DNA of 64,000 bases from Octopus sinensis (GCF_006345805.1 NC_043005.1:89962001-90026000); one strand, 5' to 3'; counted from the first letter of the stretch, positions 26,691 to 62,340 are shown. Made by a program: numbers and translations. Notes: generated from the letters alone by a model not told the origin.

Positions 26691-29462
26691 TCATAGGATT
26701 ATGCTCAAGGTGACTTCGTCATTCATACGTGCCATCCTTGCTACATTCACCCATCCTTTTTTAAAACATTCGCTAGACAAAACTTGCCTCTCTACTCTCA
26801 CTTTCCTTTTCAAGTGGTACTTGAAGAAGTTGATGAGAGATTGACCAGAGAGGAAAGTGTTTGTCTCCAATCCTTTCAGACGCGTCCACCAGATACATTC
26901 TTTCGCCATAGCCACAAGGATGATGAAAATAGCTCTTCCTTCCCGTTTGAAGGAAGGAGGCGTGACAATATTGACGATAGACTCAGCTGATAAACCGACT
27001 CGTCCCACACGTGACAGCAGTTGTTCGACATAAGCCCACAGGTCGGAAATTGTTGGACACTGCACGAGTGCGTGCAGAACGGTTTCGTCGCTCTGACCGC
27101 ATCTCGGGCAGGCCGGCCCCGTGTTTCTCGAGCCGTGTCTGTAGAGCTTATCCCGAACGGGTAGCGCTTCTCGGTAGCACTGCCAGGTCAGGGATCTCTG
27201 GAAGTTGTCCATGGAGCCTGGCCCGAAAGTCGTCCCGAACAGGCGGGTCAGGTATTCCTCGTCGACGTCCAGGTTCGCCCCAAGCTCGTCGTCGTACCTC
27301 CCCTCCACTAATCCCCTATAGAATGATTGGGTTGTGATGGAGCCACTCAGGGTCGACCTGGGACGGCAGAGTTGCTTGGGAGCAACGCGACCCTCGCGGT
27401 GCCATTCGCCCTTCCTCGGCCTCTTTTTGATCCACGACTGCAGTTCGGTCATGGAGACTAGCTGCGGGAAAGCGTGCCTCACAAACGGCGACCACATCTG
27501 TTCACCGTCGTCTACATAGAGCCTGAGATGTCGCAGTCTCAGCGCGTGTCTGCGCATCATCAACCACGGCATGCCCAGTCCTCCTTTTAACGGGTGTTGA
27601 CAGCAAATGGATCGCCTGACCATCGGGACGCATCCTTTCCACAAGAAGCAAAAGAGAATGCGTTCTAGTTTGGTGATGGTAGGGTCGGGACAAGGCACGA
27701 CGGTTAGGCGGTAGTAGATGACGGACGCGATGTACGTGTTCGCCACCTCCGCCCGACCTTTTAGGGACAGTTTCCTCTCGGCCCATTGCCGGGCGAGAGT
27801 GACCACCCTACTCGTTATCTCGTTCTAGTTCTTCTCCATTTGGAGGTCCGGACCGAACCAGACCCCGAGCAACTCGACCGGACCGTCGGTCCAGCGTCCC
27901 ACAACGGAGGCGCTGGTGGACGGCATGGGCTTGCTTCTCCAGGTGCCTAGTCGCAAGCCCACTGACTTTTCTCGGTTGATTTTCGCTCCTGTCACCGCTT
28001 CGTAGTTTTTCAGTGTCTCGCCGACCTGCTCGATGTGCTCGTGGCTAGACACTATGACGGTGACGTCGTCCGCGTATGCAGACGCACTCGTCCCGCATCC
28101 CAGTTCTCGCGAGTTGCCAGCTTCCGCAATAGTAGCTCGAGAGTCAATACGTATAGAAGCGACGAGAGGGGGCGTCCCTGACAGACCGAACGTGCGATGT
28201 CGAAAGGTCTCGATAGATGTCCATTTACGCGAATTACCGAACGGATGCCTCTGTACAAAGCGGCTATCCAGCCGCGGAAGACGGGACCGAAGCCAGCCGC
28301 TCTGAGGACAGCCTCCAAGTATCGATGGTCTACCTATCGAAAGCTTTCGATTGATCCAATCTGCCACCCGTGCCTCTCTCGCGGCTCCAACACCTTCGTT
28401 CCTTAGAGCACGCATCCTAGCTCTTACAGCACACCCTTCGTGTTTGGCGTTGAAGTGTTGGTCGAGGGCCAACCTCGCCGCCAAAACGTCGGATGCGATG
28501 CCGCTTCTAATTGCCTCTTCTAGCTTCTTAACTAGTTCACCCTCTACTCTATTTCTATCTATGGCTAGTGCATTGCTGTACCTAATCGCTTCTGCTTTTA
28601 CTGCTCTCTTGAGGGCAAACCACCATTTGTTGTTGATGATGGCTCCCGTCAAAGCCCTCTTTACTAGTGTGCTAATCCGGTCTATGAAAACCTGTCTCGA
28701 TTGGAAAGACGCGTTTAGTTTCCAGTATCCGGGACCCTGCCTAAGTGTCTTACCTAACTCTAGCGTACATGTCACAAGTTTGTGATCCGTGTAGCTGACT
28801 ATGTGGAATTGTGGACATCCTATGCTATCTCTACCTACTGTCCTACACAGTATCCTATCTAGATACGATCTCGACGACCTGATGCGGTTGCTCCATGTCC
28901 ACGTTGGCGCATTCGGGTGGTCTAGTCGGAACCTGTCAGACAGTTGAAAGCGTCTGAGCAGGTCTCTGAGGCATTTGCATCCCCGTCTATTCCTATCTCT
29001 GCCCACGTAGTCTACATGCGTGTCCAAGGTAGCATTCCAATCCCCCACTAAGAGTAAAGGACGAGACGTTCCCAAGAATACTTCTAGACGTTGAAAGAAA
29101 TCCGCCCGACCTGTTAAGGACGGTGCGTAGACTGATACGAATCGAAAAGCGCACCCATTGCTGCCGTCGACATCCAGGACGACCAGTCTACCCTCCGGGT
29201 CTACGAAAATTGCCTTTACTTTGAGATCCAGACACTTGCGAAAAAGTACCGCGGTGTCACTACCGCCCATTCTTGGCAGACAGGGGGGAAAATAAATGTT
29301 GAACTGTCCGCCAAACATGGTCTTTAGGGCCAGCGGATTGTGGAGTCTGGTCTCACTTATGGCTATGATTTCTAACTTGTGTGACTTTATGTCATTTAAG
29401 AGGTACCCTTGCTTCGAAGGGGACCCCAAGCCACGCGCATTTACACAACCAATCTTGATCAT
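26691..29462 (-). CDS. Tx1 ORF2 (AP endonuclease, partial RT, Zn knuckle), disrupted
   Basis: CVNARGL, ISETR, SVYAP, VGDWNA, SYLDRI, SYTDHK, GPGYWKLN; DQSKAFDR, QGRPLS, AYADDVT; CPRCGQSDETVLHALVQC. Frameshifts, a stop near 27826 and an internal deletion near 28361. Confidence 0.9.
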
Positions 29463-29506
29463 AATCCTAATGAATTAGAATACAAGTGAAAAGAACAGAG
29501 GGTTAC

Positions 29507-31322
29507 TTACTGCTCGAAAGTTTTTGCTTTCTCTTCCTTTGGTTTGTCCTCGAGGAGATCCCAGTAAAGTTTCTTTGTGAGATATTTTTGACATTTACCA
29601 ACCGCACTGGGGAAAATGCCTTTGAGTGTGTGGTGCAGACTTCTGGAGATGTGCAATATTTTGATGTGGTCTGGTGGTGTTGTGTATGGGTAATTGTTTG
29701 TTTTTATGTCATCTTCTGTTATGTTTGTTTTTGATTTGATGTATTCCATCAAATTTTTATTTTTGGTGTCTATAGCTGTGAGCATGTTTGCTGTATATAT
29801 TTTTGTGGTGTTGGTGTGGCTGTTGTTTGTGTTGGGTTTTGAAATGTCTTCGGGAGATGTATTTCCCCCTGCTTTGTTTGTGTTTGCATTTGGTTTGGTT
29901 GTGTTTCTGCTCTTTATTTTCCTTCCTTTTCTAGCTATTTGCCATTCCTCAATGGTTTCGTCTTCCGACGAATTTTCTGAGGAATCAGTACGGAGTACGG
30001 GTATGTTGTAGGCTTCTATGTATGTCTGTGTATGTGGTTGTGCTGTTGTTTTCGTTGCTGTTGGTTGTTGAGTGTTTATGTGTGGTGAGTGCGGTATAAG
30101 GGATGGGGAATCAGTTTTTGTATATTTTCTTTGTTTTTCTGTTCCTTTGGTTCTTGCTGTTGTTGGTGGTGTTGGTATTTTCTCAGGTGTTGAGTAATTT
30201 TTGGTTGTTGACGGATTAGCTTGGTGTGCTTCTCTTGTCGTCTTCTGTCTTGATTGTGGTGTGGGTAGTAGAGCTTTTTTCTCGGAGTGTTTTGGTTGTG
30301 GTAGTGGTTGTTGTTGTTGCTCTTGGTGTGCAGTGGTTGGGCACGTATTTTTCAAGTGTGTTTCGCTTCCACACAAATAGCAACGTGGTCGCCTGCCCTC
30401 TACCACTACATAAAGTTTGTAGCCTCCTGGCAGTTCTATAGTGGTGGGTATATTTTCTCTTGTTGTTTCATCCAATTGAAGAAGGAATTGGATTGATTTT
30501 CCCACCCAGTCTTTCTGTCCTAGAACAGCGATTTCAAGGATGTTTGTCTCTGCCATTGTCTCTGCCATTTCAAAGCAGATGGCAGAGACTAACCATTGTA
30601 TTTCGACTTCAGGTGGTACATTTTTTATTTGGACTTTCGTCACTCTCTGGTTTAAATAGATTGGTATCATTACCAAGTCGTCTGAATGCAGCTCCAATGT
30701 GGAAAATCGTTTTGCTAAATTTTCGTTGAGGAAACGTACTTGGACTGTACCAAATTTATTTTCCTAACTGATATACTCCTTAGGGTCCCATGCAGGACGA
30801 AGGCATTTTTCAATTTTTTCCTGCGGTGCATTTTCTGGTCGTCTTGTTTTCTTGTTGATGACTTTGTAGATTATTGTTTTTGTTTTTTTTTGTGTGTTTT
30901 CCACGATGTGTTGTGGAATGTGAAGATGCAATTTATCTCCTTCTTTGGTGAAGAGTGCTTTTGTGAGGTATATTTCCTGTGTGGTGAATTTTACGATTGT
31001 TCGTTTTTGTTTTGTCACATCCGCGAAATTCGTTTTAATTTTGGCGGTGTTAGCAGCAGAAGAGTTAGTTGTAGCAGTTGAAGTCATGGTAGTGGTGTTG
31101 GTGTTGGCGGTGTTGTCTTTGGTAGGCGGCTTTGTACTGGTTTCGTTGTTGTTGTTGTTGGTAGTGATGGTGGTGATGTTGGCATTCATGTTTTCGTCTG
31201 TATTCGTTTTTGAAATCCCTTTCTCCGTCCTTTTTTCATCGACAAGTGGTGTAGGGAGTGGGGGAAAATCTAAGTTAATGTCTTTGGTCGCAGCGATGGT
31301 GAATGGTCTTGCGACGTTAGTT

Positions 31323-31354
<32 letters not shown>

Positions 31355-31471
31355 GGTGGTGACAGCGGTGTTCAAGCTACGAGGTTTAGCAGCTAGTGGT
31401 AGCAATAGTGTTTCGCTACCGTTCCGCATGACTGGCGGGCTAGCTACGTGGTTTCTAGTTGCCATTTTCAA
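29507..31471 (-). CDS. Tx1 ORF1 (gag-like, Thr/Asn-rich), split by a frameshift near 30740-30764
   Basis: ORFs 30764-31471 and 29507-30697; CYLCGSETHLKNTCP zinc knuckle; ends 45 bp before the ORF2 ATG. Confidence 0.8.
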
Positions 31472-32634
31472 AATGAAAAATGGCTAAAAGGAACCCACGA
31501 AAGTTTTGAAAGTTTTTGGTAATTTCGCCCATACAGGGGCGGAATTCTACGTGAATAATTCTCAGGTTTTTTAGTGAATGAACTTGCACAACGATTAAAA
31601 CAAAATATTTGACAACAAGGAGTTTCAAACATGTAAAAGTGGCCAACTTACGTGGAGCCCATTTGACTAGCGTCCGTCCATGTCAATAGGATAGAGGGAT
31701 GGATGGATGGAGTGTTGGCAAAGAAGAATAGTATTTTAGAATAACTAAACTCCATCACTAACCACCATTTGCAGATATTCAGACTTTATTATTACCATTG
31801 ATGACATTCAACCATTATTAAAACCAGAAAAAGAAACAATAAGAAGAGGCACTGAAATCTGTAGGCATGAACAGTACACATGTATGTGGTTAGCATTGAA
31901 TCTATGTTGAGACACTAATATTACATCAGGGAAAAAGAAGACTTCAGAAAAGAGGCAAGGTCCACAGTGACTGCTTTTCTCCCGTCTCAATGCATTTACT
32001 GCTTTGACCAGGCAATTAGTATGCTGAGATTTCCCTAAAACGAATCCCACCGAGGTCAACTCGGTCAGATTTGAACTCAGAATGCAAAGGGCCAGAAGAA
32101 ATACCACAAACCATTTAGTCCAACACTTGAAAAGTTCTACCAATACCCACACCCGAACAACTACTACAACTACTGTTATGATTCAAAATTAAACAAAGAC
32201 ACAAGACAGCAACAGGTGAGGGAACAACAAACAATGTGTACTAGTTTGATGTTCAGGAAAAATGGAAGAAGTGTTCGATGTTTCGAGCCTATGCTCTTCA
32301 ACTAAAAGGAATGAGGAGAGAAAAGAGATGGAAGGAGGGAAAAGGAAATTGTGTTTGGGTTAACTACTGCTACTACTAATGGTGATGATGATGATAATAA
32401 TAATGATACTTTGTTGTGTCTGGGGAGTCGTTCTCTTTTAGTGCCTTATTATTTAACACACTCACTGTTAAAGTTTCCACTCATTTACCTATTAATAGAA
32501 AGAAAGATAAATAAATGAGTGGAAACTACCAGTGAGTGCATTATATAATAAGGCACTGAAAGAGAAGGACTCTCCCTAGACACAACAAAATATGCTTCGA
32601 CGCACATAAAGAATCTTGCAAACCAAATCCAAAA

Positions 32635-32705
<71 letters not shown>

Positions 32706-32711
32706 TAATAA

Positions 32712-33150
32712 TATTTTGCAAAAATTTGGACTTGACCCATGATAAAATCTGCTAGGAACGCAAACCACCTGCAGTGCTTGAAAATGGCCACATTTCACAA
32801 CTCACCATTCATACTGACAGAAAGCTAAATGCAAAGAGGCAAAACATCATATTGAAAGACTTCAGACAAAAATCATGCTTCTTCATTGATATGACTGTCT
32901 CAATCGATATAAACGTATCTGTTAAGACCTACCAAAAACTGAGCAAGTATGAAGATCTTGAAATAGAAATTAGCAAATTGTAGAACCTCAAATACCTGTT
33001 GTCATAGGTGTTCTGGGAATGATAGCAAAAGGTGCTGATTGCTACCTAGCTCAGATACCAGGAAACCCCAAAATGGCAGAAATTGAAAAGATAGTGCTCG
33101 TGGGAACAGCCAATATCCTACGCAAAATACTTTCTTATAATCTCAAGTTT
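32712..33150 (+). mobile_element. R4/Dong-like RLE-domain fragment starting directly after an (AAT)n array
   Basis: IHTDRKLNAKRQNIILKD..QKSCFFIDMTV, QKLSKYEDLEIEI, EKIVLVGTANILRKIL; (AAT)n at 32636-32711. Confidence 0.85.
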
Positions 33151-33474
33151 GAAAACAAACACATTATTTTCTTATGGTTTCTTAAACATTCTCTAGAACA
33201 ACACAAGGTACAAAACGAAATATATGGCACCCTAGGCATAACACCAGCATGAACTTCTAAACTGGAAGCACAAATTTGTGGGGGAGGGAACTAGTCGAGT
33301 ATATTGACCCCCAGTACTCAACTGGTACTTAATTGATCGACCTGAAAGGATGAAAGCTAAAGTTGACCACATCGGAATTTGAACTCAGAACGTAGCAACA
33401 GGTGAAATACCGCTAAGCATTTCGTTCAGCATACTATCGATTCTGCCATTATTAATGATAATGGCTATAGAAAA

Positions 33475-33772
33475 TGAAGAAGGTGAAGATAGGGCTATGG
33501 AAAATGAAGAATACGGAGATAGTGTCAGTTATTGTTGGGTCCTTGGAAGCAGTATCAGAAGGTATCAAAGGGAATACAAAGGAAATTGGAATAGACTGCA
33601 CAGTAGAACTGTTACAAACGGTTTGCCCCCTTAGCACATCCAGAATAATCAGGAAAGTATTAGATAGCTGAAAACAAGAGATAGCATGGTACCCTAGCCT
33701 GCAGGGCTGCGGGTAGCAAGCCTGCTATGCATGCAAGACTCCAGGAACTCCAACAAAACCTGTGATAAAGAG

Positions 33773-33847
<75 letters not shown>

Positions 33848-33860
33848 GTGATAATAATAA
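33475..33860 (+). mobile_element. R4/Dong-like 3' fragment with (AAT)n tail (same subfamily as 10871-12975)
   Basis: LWKMKNTEIVSVIVGSLEAV...ELLQTVCPLSTSRIIRKVLDS*; 3'UTR caagactccaggaactccaacaaaacctgtgataaagag then (AAT)n. Confidence 0.85.
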
Positions 33861-34589
33861 TAAGAATGATACACACTGTTTTTTATCGCTTTTCCTTCTT
33901 CTTTTGCAGAGTTGGTGGTAAGACATCATCAGCAGCAGCAAATTCTAACTTTTTCCGTCGTTCGTTGTCAATCACTGCTTGCTGTAAAGAGAGAATTATT
34001 TCAATTAAAAGAAATACTGTTCATATTAGGGTTTCTTTCAATAAAGAACACATCTATATTTTGTTTGTGGTTTAAAATGAGACGATTAATAAAAACCTGA
34101 CTTTATACCAAATAAAAATGAGAATTGAATTAAAAACAGCAAACTAAAGATATTTCTTCAACAGATCTCAAGTGACACATGAAGAGGTAAAAAACCCCAC
34201 ATCAAGTTATTTCTTAAAACAGGGATTCAAGTAGGAGCACTACTCAACTGTTGAATGCTTCGTTAGTTTACAAAACTAGAAAACTGTTTTGTTCGAAGGT
34301 TACAACAAATGGTGATGTTCAGGCTGAATATCAACCAGATGAATCTCTTGTCAGTTTAGAAGGGATTGCAAAGGTTATAGGCCTGCCTCTTTTCATTTGA
34401 CTAAATTGTATTAAAATCAAGTAAGCTTTAGTGGAAAGTACTTTGGCAAACTCTTGGTAGCCTAATCGGTCTTGGATAATTCCGATATAGAGCTCCAAAT
34501 TGATTGGTTGCATCAACATTACAAACAAGGCAACTAATTTGTTGGAGAGGAATTAACGTCACTAAATGACTGACACTGGTTTTATAAAT

Positions 34590-35830
34590 CTTTAATGGAC
34601 AGAAGAGAATACAAACAGACCCCTTAGACCACATACAGAAAAGACACACCCCAGCTCCTAGTCCACAGATGCACTGTCCCCTCTCTCTGCTTTTTTCTTC
34701 TTCTTGGCAGTCCATGTCACACCACTTTAGATTGCCCCTTTAGGGTGTCCTTATACCTCAGCTTGAGTCTTCATTATTAGCTTGTACCTTCCTTCAGCTC
34801 ACTATACATCAGTTGTCTGGGGATGCGATGGTCGTTCATTCTGACAACGTGGCTGGTACAACACAACTGAGATATGAGCAGAATTGCCTCGGTGGTCGTG
34901 GACTCTGCTCTGTCTAGGACTTCTTGGTTGGAGACCCTGTACTGCCAGTGGATGCCCATGACTGTGCGCTGTATAAAACTTGTATAGAACTGTTTGAAGT
35001 GATTGTATGTCTCGGCGAAGCAGTTGACGAAGACCTGGAGGTGGTTTTCCTTGTGGGCTATGACGGCACAGTCGTCCGCGAAGAGAGCTTCGAGGGTAAG
35101 CTTTTCTTTGGTCTTCGTTTTGCCAGAGAGGCGGTGGAGGTCGGACACAGAGCCACCGTTTGGTACGTGATGTGCACACTTGGTTGAGGATTTTCACAGC
35201 GTGGAAGAGGATCTGTTTGAAGGAAAATTTGAAGAGCACTGAGGTGAGGATACAGCCCTGTTTGACACTATTAGAGATGTTGAAGGAGTTCATGTGGTCC
35301 CCGTTAGAAAGAACCTGTTCCTTCATGTTGTTGAAGAGCTTGTCCAGGGTTGTGAATTTTTGTGGGCAACCCAGCTTGCTGAGGATGATCAAACACCTTG
35401 GTCAGGTCAATGAACACGGTGTACAGGTCCATCTGCTGCTCAATGCATTTCTCCTGCACTTATCGCACGGCAAACACCATATCTACGGTGCTGCGGACAG
35501 GGCAGAAACCACACTGAGCCTCGGTCAGGTTGCTATCGGAGATGTTGGTGATGAATCAGTTGAGGAGGATGCGAGCGAGTATCTTGCTTGCGATAGATCC
35601 CACTGTTGTTGCCACAGTCTGTCCTGGCTCCATTGTTCTTGTATACAGCGACTACAGTGGCGTCGCGCAGGTCTGTTGGTATGTCTTCCTGGTCCCGGAT
35701 GGCCAAGAAGATATCATGGAAAGTTTTGACGGGTGTGGATCTGAGTGACGTGAACAGTTTAGCAGGTATTCCATCCCCTCCTGGTGCTTTGTTGCAGGTC
35801 ATCTGTAAGATTCTCTTAAAGTTGGTCATT
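34590..35830 (-). mobile_element. RTE-clade LINE, degenerate RT region
   Basis: KAPGGDGIPAKL, LSKLGCPQKF, VKQGCIL, LFADDCA, HVVRMNDHRIPRQLMYSEL. Confidence 0.9.
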
Positions 35831-36267
35831 CCCAGTAGGGAATTTATATAGAGTGTAGCAGAGTCAAGGTTTGTATTTAAACTGACCGAGAAATAGGGAG
35901 TGTATTAGTGTTGTTAAATTGAAAACAGGAAGAGAGGAAGGAAAAAGAAAGATAGAGAAAAAGGAGGATAGAAAGAAAGAATGAAAGAGGAAAAGGAAAG
36001 AAGATTAGTAGAAATAACAAAAAATACAATAAAGAATAAAAGCCCTGAAGATATGAATAAGGGAATAAGGAAAAGAAAAACTATGCATGTATATATATGC
36101 ATATGTTTGTGTATATATATATATAAATATATATATAGAAGTATATATGTATATATCATATATATATATATATATATGTATATATCATATATGTATATGT
36201 ATATATAATATATACATATATATAAATATATATGCATATATCATATACATTCAATATATATGTATAT

Positions 36268-36573
36268 ATCTTCTTTATATATAAAACTAAAGTTGTGTGT
36301 GTGTGTCTCCTCCGATTTAGATTCTAACTACTCCCACATTTTGCGGTGCAGTTTAACCAATAGCGGGTATCTTATAGTCGTGATTCATATCGAGCCCTTC
36401 TGGGTATTAGCGCGCGTCTACGATGAGTCTACGATTTAAAAATAAAATTTACCATCATTTTTCCGCATTTTTAACGCATTTTTGCTCGGTTTATATAAGT
36501 GAAGTAACTCTCTAAAAATGCTTATATAGTTATTACCCTTAAAAATCCGAGCAACGCCGAGCGATGCTGCTAG

Positions 36574-36574
<1 letters not shown>
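36268..36574 (-). mobile_element. Helentron-like non-autonomous element (same family as 20029-20425)
   Basis: Reverse complement of actagcagcatcgctcggcgttgctcgga...gtgggagtagttagaatctaaatcgg. Confidence 0.8.
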
Positions 36575-36640
<66 letters not shown>

Positions 36641-36710
36641 ACATATATACATACATACTGGAATAAGTGTATTATATACAAATATTAAAAATAAAATATC
36701 CAAGCATATA

Positions 36711-37145
36711 GGCGCAGGAGTGGCTGTGTGGTAAGTAGCTGGCTTACCAACCACACGGTTTCGGGTTCAGTTCCACTGCATGGCACCTTGGGCAAGTGCC
36801 TTCTCCTGTAACCTTGGGCCGACCAAAGCCTTGTGAGTGGATTTGGTAGACGGAAACTGAAAGAAGCCCGTCGTATATATATATATATGTATGTATGTAT
36901 GTATGTATATATATGTGTGTGTGTGTGTTTGTGTGTCTGTGTTTGCCCCCCCCCCCAACAACGCTTGACAACCATTGCTGGCGTGTTTACATACCCGTTA
37001 ATTTGCAGTTCGGCAAAAGAGACCGATAGAATAAGTACTAGGCTTCCAAAGAATAAGTCGTGGGGTCGATTTGCTAGACTAAAAAGGCGATGCTCCAGCA
37101 TGGCCGCAGTCAAATAACTGCAACAAGTAAAAGAGTAAAAGAGTA
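36711..37145 (+). mobile_element. Octopus-type tRNA-derived SINE family 1 (other copies 45927-46313 -, 62754-63242 -; partials 7745-7830, 8235-8420, 24415-24610, 39330-39530, 41960-42085, 42690-42835, 47480-47620, 50790-50980)
   Basis: A-box tggctgtgtgg and B-box ggttcagtccc, central (AT/GT)n, 3' ccagcatggccgcagtcaaatgactgaaacaagtaaaaga; resembles the described octopus OR SINEs (from memory). Confidence 0.88.
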
Positions 37146-37155
37146 ATATATATAC

Positions 37156-37544
37156 ACTAGCAGTATCGCCCGGCGTTGCTCAGGTTTGTAAGGGAAATAA
37201 CTATAAAGCATTTTTAGAGAGTTATAGCCAAAAAATAGCAAAAAAATGGAAAAAAAATGATGGTAAATTTTTTTTTGAGAGTAAAAAAAGGTTGAGTTGC
37301 GTCCCCTAGACAGTCTGTGGTTTATTTTTTTTGATTCTCGACCCCATGTCGAATTTATCGATTTTTTTCAGAACTGGGGGAACTTTTCAAAATTTTCGGT
37401 GCGTTAGTTTTGAATTATGACATTGGGCTATGTGTGTGTCAAGTTTCATCAGAATCGGTTGAAAGCCGTGGTCAGAGTGAGGGTACAAGCAAACAGACAC
37501 ACAGAAACACGCACAGACAAACTGCCGTTTATATAGAGAGAGAT
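37156..37544 (+). mobile_element. Helentron-like non-autonomous element ~270 bp upstream of the paralogue B ATG
   Basis: actagcagtatcgcccggcgttgctc 5' end; 3' gtttatatagagagagat after caga/caca repeats. Confidence 0.75.
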
Positions 37545-37553
37545 TTATACAGC

Positions 37554-37584
<31 letters not shown>

Positions 37585-37817
37585 TTTCTCTCGTCTTTTC
37601 CCTCCTCCTCTCCTCCCAGACAACACCAATCCCAAACGCTAGTCTTTCATTCACATTCCTCCCTCTTCTTCCCCATACTACCACTTACACTCCTACAGGC
37701 ACTCTCACTTGCACACCTGATACATATATGTATGTATGCATGAAAGGAGACAGAGGCAGACACATTTAGAAATTGCTTGAAGCAGACGACACATTTGTTC
37801 TGAGAGGTTTGTTCACC

Positions 37818-59353
<21,536 letters not shown>

Positions 59354-59588
59354 GTAAACAAACAACAATAAAACACCATAAACGTCCATTTTTAAATTTG
59401 AACACAAGTTGAATATTTTCTGTCTTTTACTTTTTATCCGTTCTCTTCCATTAGAAAGAGACTTTTGAGGGGTTTTAATCATATCAGCAACTTTAGTTCA
59501 TCCCATTACTGAAAAGAAATATTACGTTGCTCTGAGTGGAAGAGCAATAGTCATGGCAAAACAGAAAAGCACATGTTACGCAAACACA

Positions 59589-59690
59589 TACGAAGTGGTA
59601 TCAAAAAGTTCCCGGACTACTTCTGTAGCGCGCCAACAGATGACAGCACACGGTTTCATGTGCAGTGAGGCATGCTAGCTTCATATGCTG
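59589..59690 (+). mobile_element. Mariner 5' TIR remnant
   Basis: TA-cgaagtggtatcaaaaagttcccggact resembles the reverse complement of the TIR at 2770-2799. Confidence 0.7.
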
Positions 59691-59709
59691 ATTGGTCTAC
59701 AGTTTGAAA

Positions 59710-60230
59710 TCAGGCCCTCCCACCTCAATTGCTGACAAAGAAGCAGTAGAGTCACTTCTCGACTTTATGAATGAGTTTTTCTTGTCCCCACTTATCTTTG
59801 CACCAAGATATCAGAACATTTTAGACCTTGTATTCAGTAACCTCACTAACACCATACACAATATTTCAGTGGGGAAAAAAAGACCCTTCTTTCAGACCAT
59901 GACGTGGTTCTCTGTAACCTGAGATTTCATCAGCCGAAAGTTAACACTAGCGACCTCTCTCAGCCCACCCATTTCACACTATGGATCTCTATGATGCCGA
60001 CTGGGACGCAATCATAAATAGTCTATCACATGTTGAGTGGTCTTTGACACATGCACACACCTCCTTCAGTATCAAAATATCTTGGCAGATCTTTGTAGAC
60101 ACCGTCACAAACATATGTGCTAAACACACCCCACCGAGACCTATTAAGGAAACTAAGTGCAGAATTCCCCAAAACAGAAAAACGATTATCGGAAAAATAA
60201 AAGAACAAAGAAAAATATTAACAAACTAAA
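59710..60230 (+). mobile_element. CR1-like LINE fragment (end of endonuclease and linker)
   Basis: NILDLVFSN...IHNISV...SDHDVV, DLYDADWDAI..SLSHVEW. Confidence 0.7.
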
Positions 60231-61014
60231 ATACCTCCAACAACCACATATATATTCGACAGCTATCACCCTGCTCGAATAAAAAAAATATATAAATTAT
60301 CATGTTCAAAACAGAATGTGTAAGTTTGAAATTAAAACTGTATATCAATTTGTTAGAATGTACAAGGTTCATTAATTTCAGTGGTGGTCGGCAAGTCATA
60401 CTGAAAAAAAAAAAACAAGTGTGAGAAATGAAATAGTAAAAAAAGGAAATTTGGTTTACGGTTTTTCAGATTTTGAAATTTAAGTACATTTTCAACAGCA
60501 CATTTTCCTATGTGTGTGTGTGTGTGTGTGTATGTATACAAGACAAAAATTGTTGAATTTACCGTGCTAAGCCAATCACCGTTTCTGTTGTATCGACATA
60601 CTTATAGAATGTGGGCTAGCAGAATCGTTACCACCCCAGGTGAAATGTTTGGCGGTATTTCGTCTGTCTTTACGTTCTGAGTTCAAATTCCGATGGGGTT
60701 GACTTTGCCTTTCATCCTTTCGGGTCGATAAATTAGGTACCAGTTGCGTACTGAGGTCGATCTAATCGACTGTGCCCCTCCCCCAAAAGTTCGGGCCTTG
60801 TGCCTTGAATAGAAAAGAATATTCTGTTATTTCTGAGAATATTACATAAACTGGAACATGAAGGTGAGTGTAAAAAAGATAGAACATCAAGCAATCTTCT
60901 TTAATTAAGGTAAATAAAAGCAAGAAGAAAAATGATACAAATGTGATCGGAGTTTTGAAGATGAACGCATTATTAAAAAGCATGGATCCAAATCTGTAGA
61001 TACCAAATATATGC

Positions 61015-61192
61015 GTAGAAGAAGAAAAAGAAGAAGAAGAAGAAGAAGAAGAAGAAGAAGAAGAAGAAGAAGAAGAAGAAGAAGAAGAAGAAGAAGAAGC
61101 AGAAGAAGAAGCAGAAGAAGAAGAAGAAGAAGAAGAAGAAGAAGAAGAAGAAGAAGAAGAAGAAGAAGAAGAAGAAGAAGAAGAAGAAGAAT
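61015..61192. repeat. (GAA)n polypurine array, ~178 bp
   Basis: Visible in the sequence. Confidence 0.97.
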
Positions 61193-61235
61193 CAATTGAT
61201 ATACATAAATTTAAGAATATTATTTACAGTGAAGA

Positions 61236-62340
<1,105 letters not shown>

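Larger units (their letters stand above)
25676..31690 (-). mobile_element. Near full-length Tx1/L1-clade LINE (ORF1 + ORF2, 3'UTR, (TATC)n tail)
   Basis: ORF1 with CCHC knuckle; ORF2 with APE, RT and C-terminal CPRC-H-C; AATAAA on the minus strand at 25887-25892 followed by (TATC)n 25676-25880. Confidence 0.92.
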
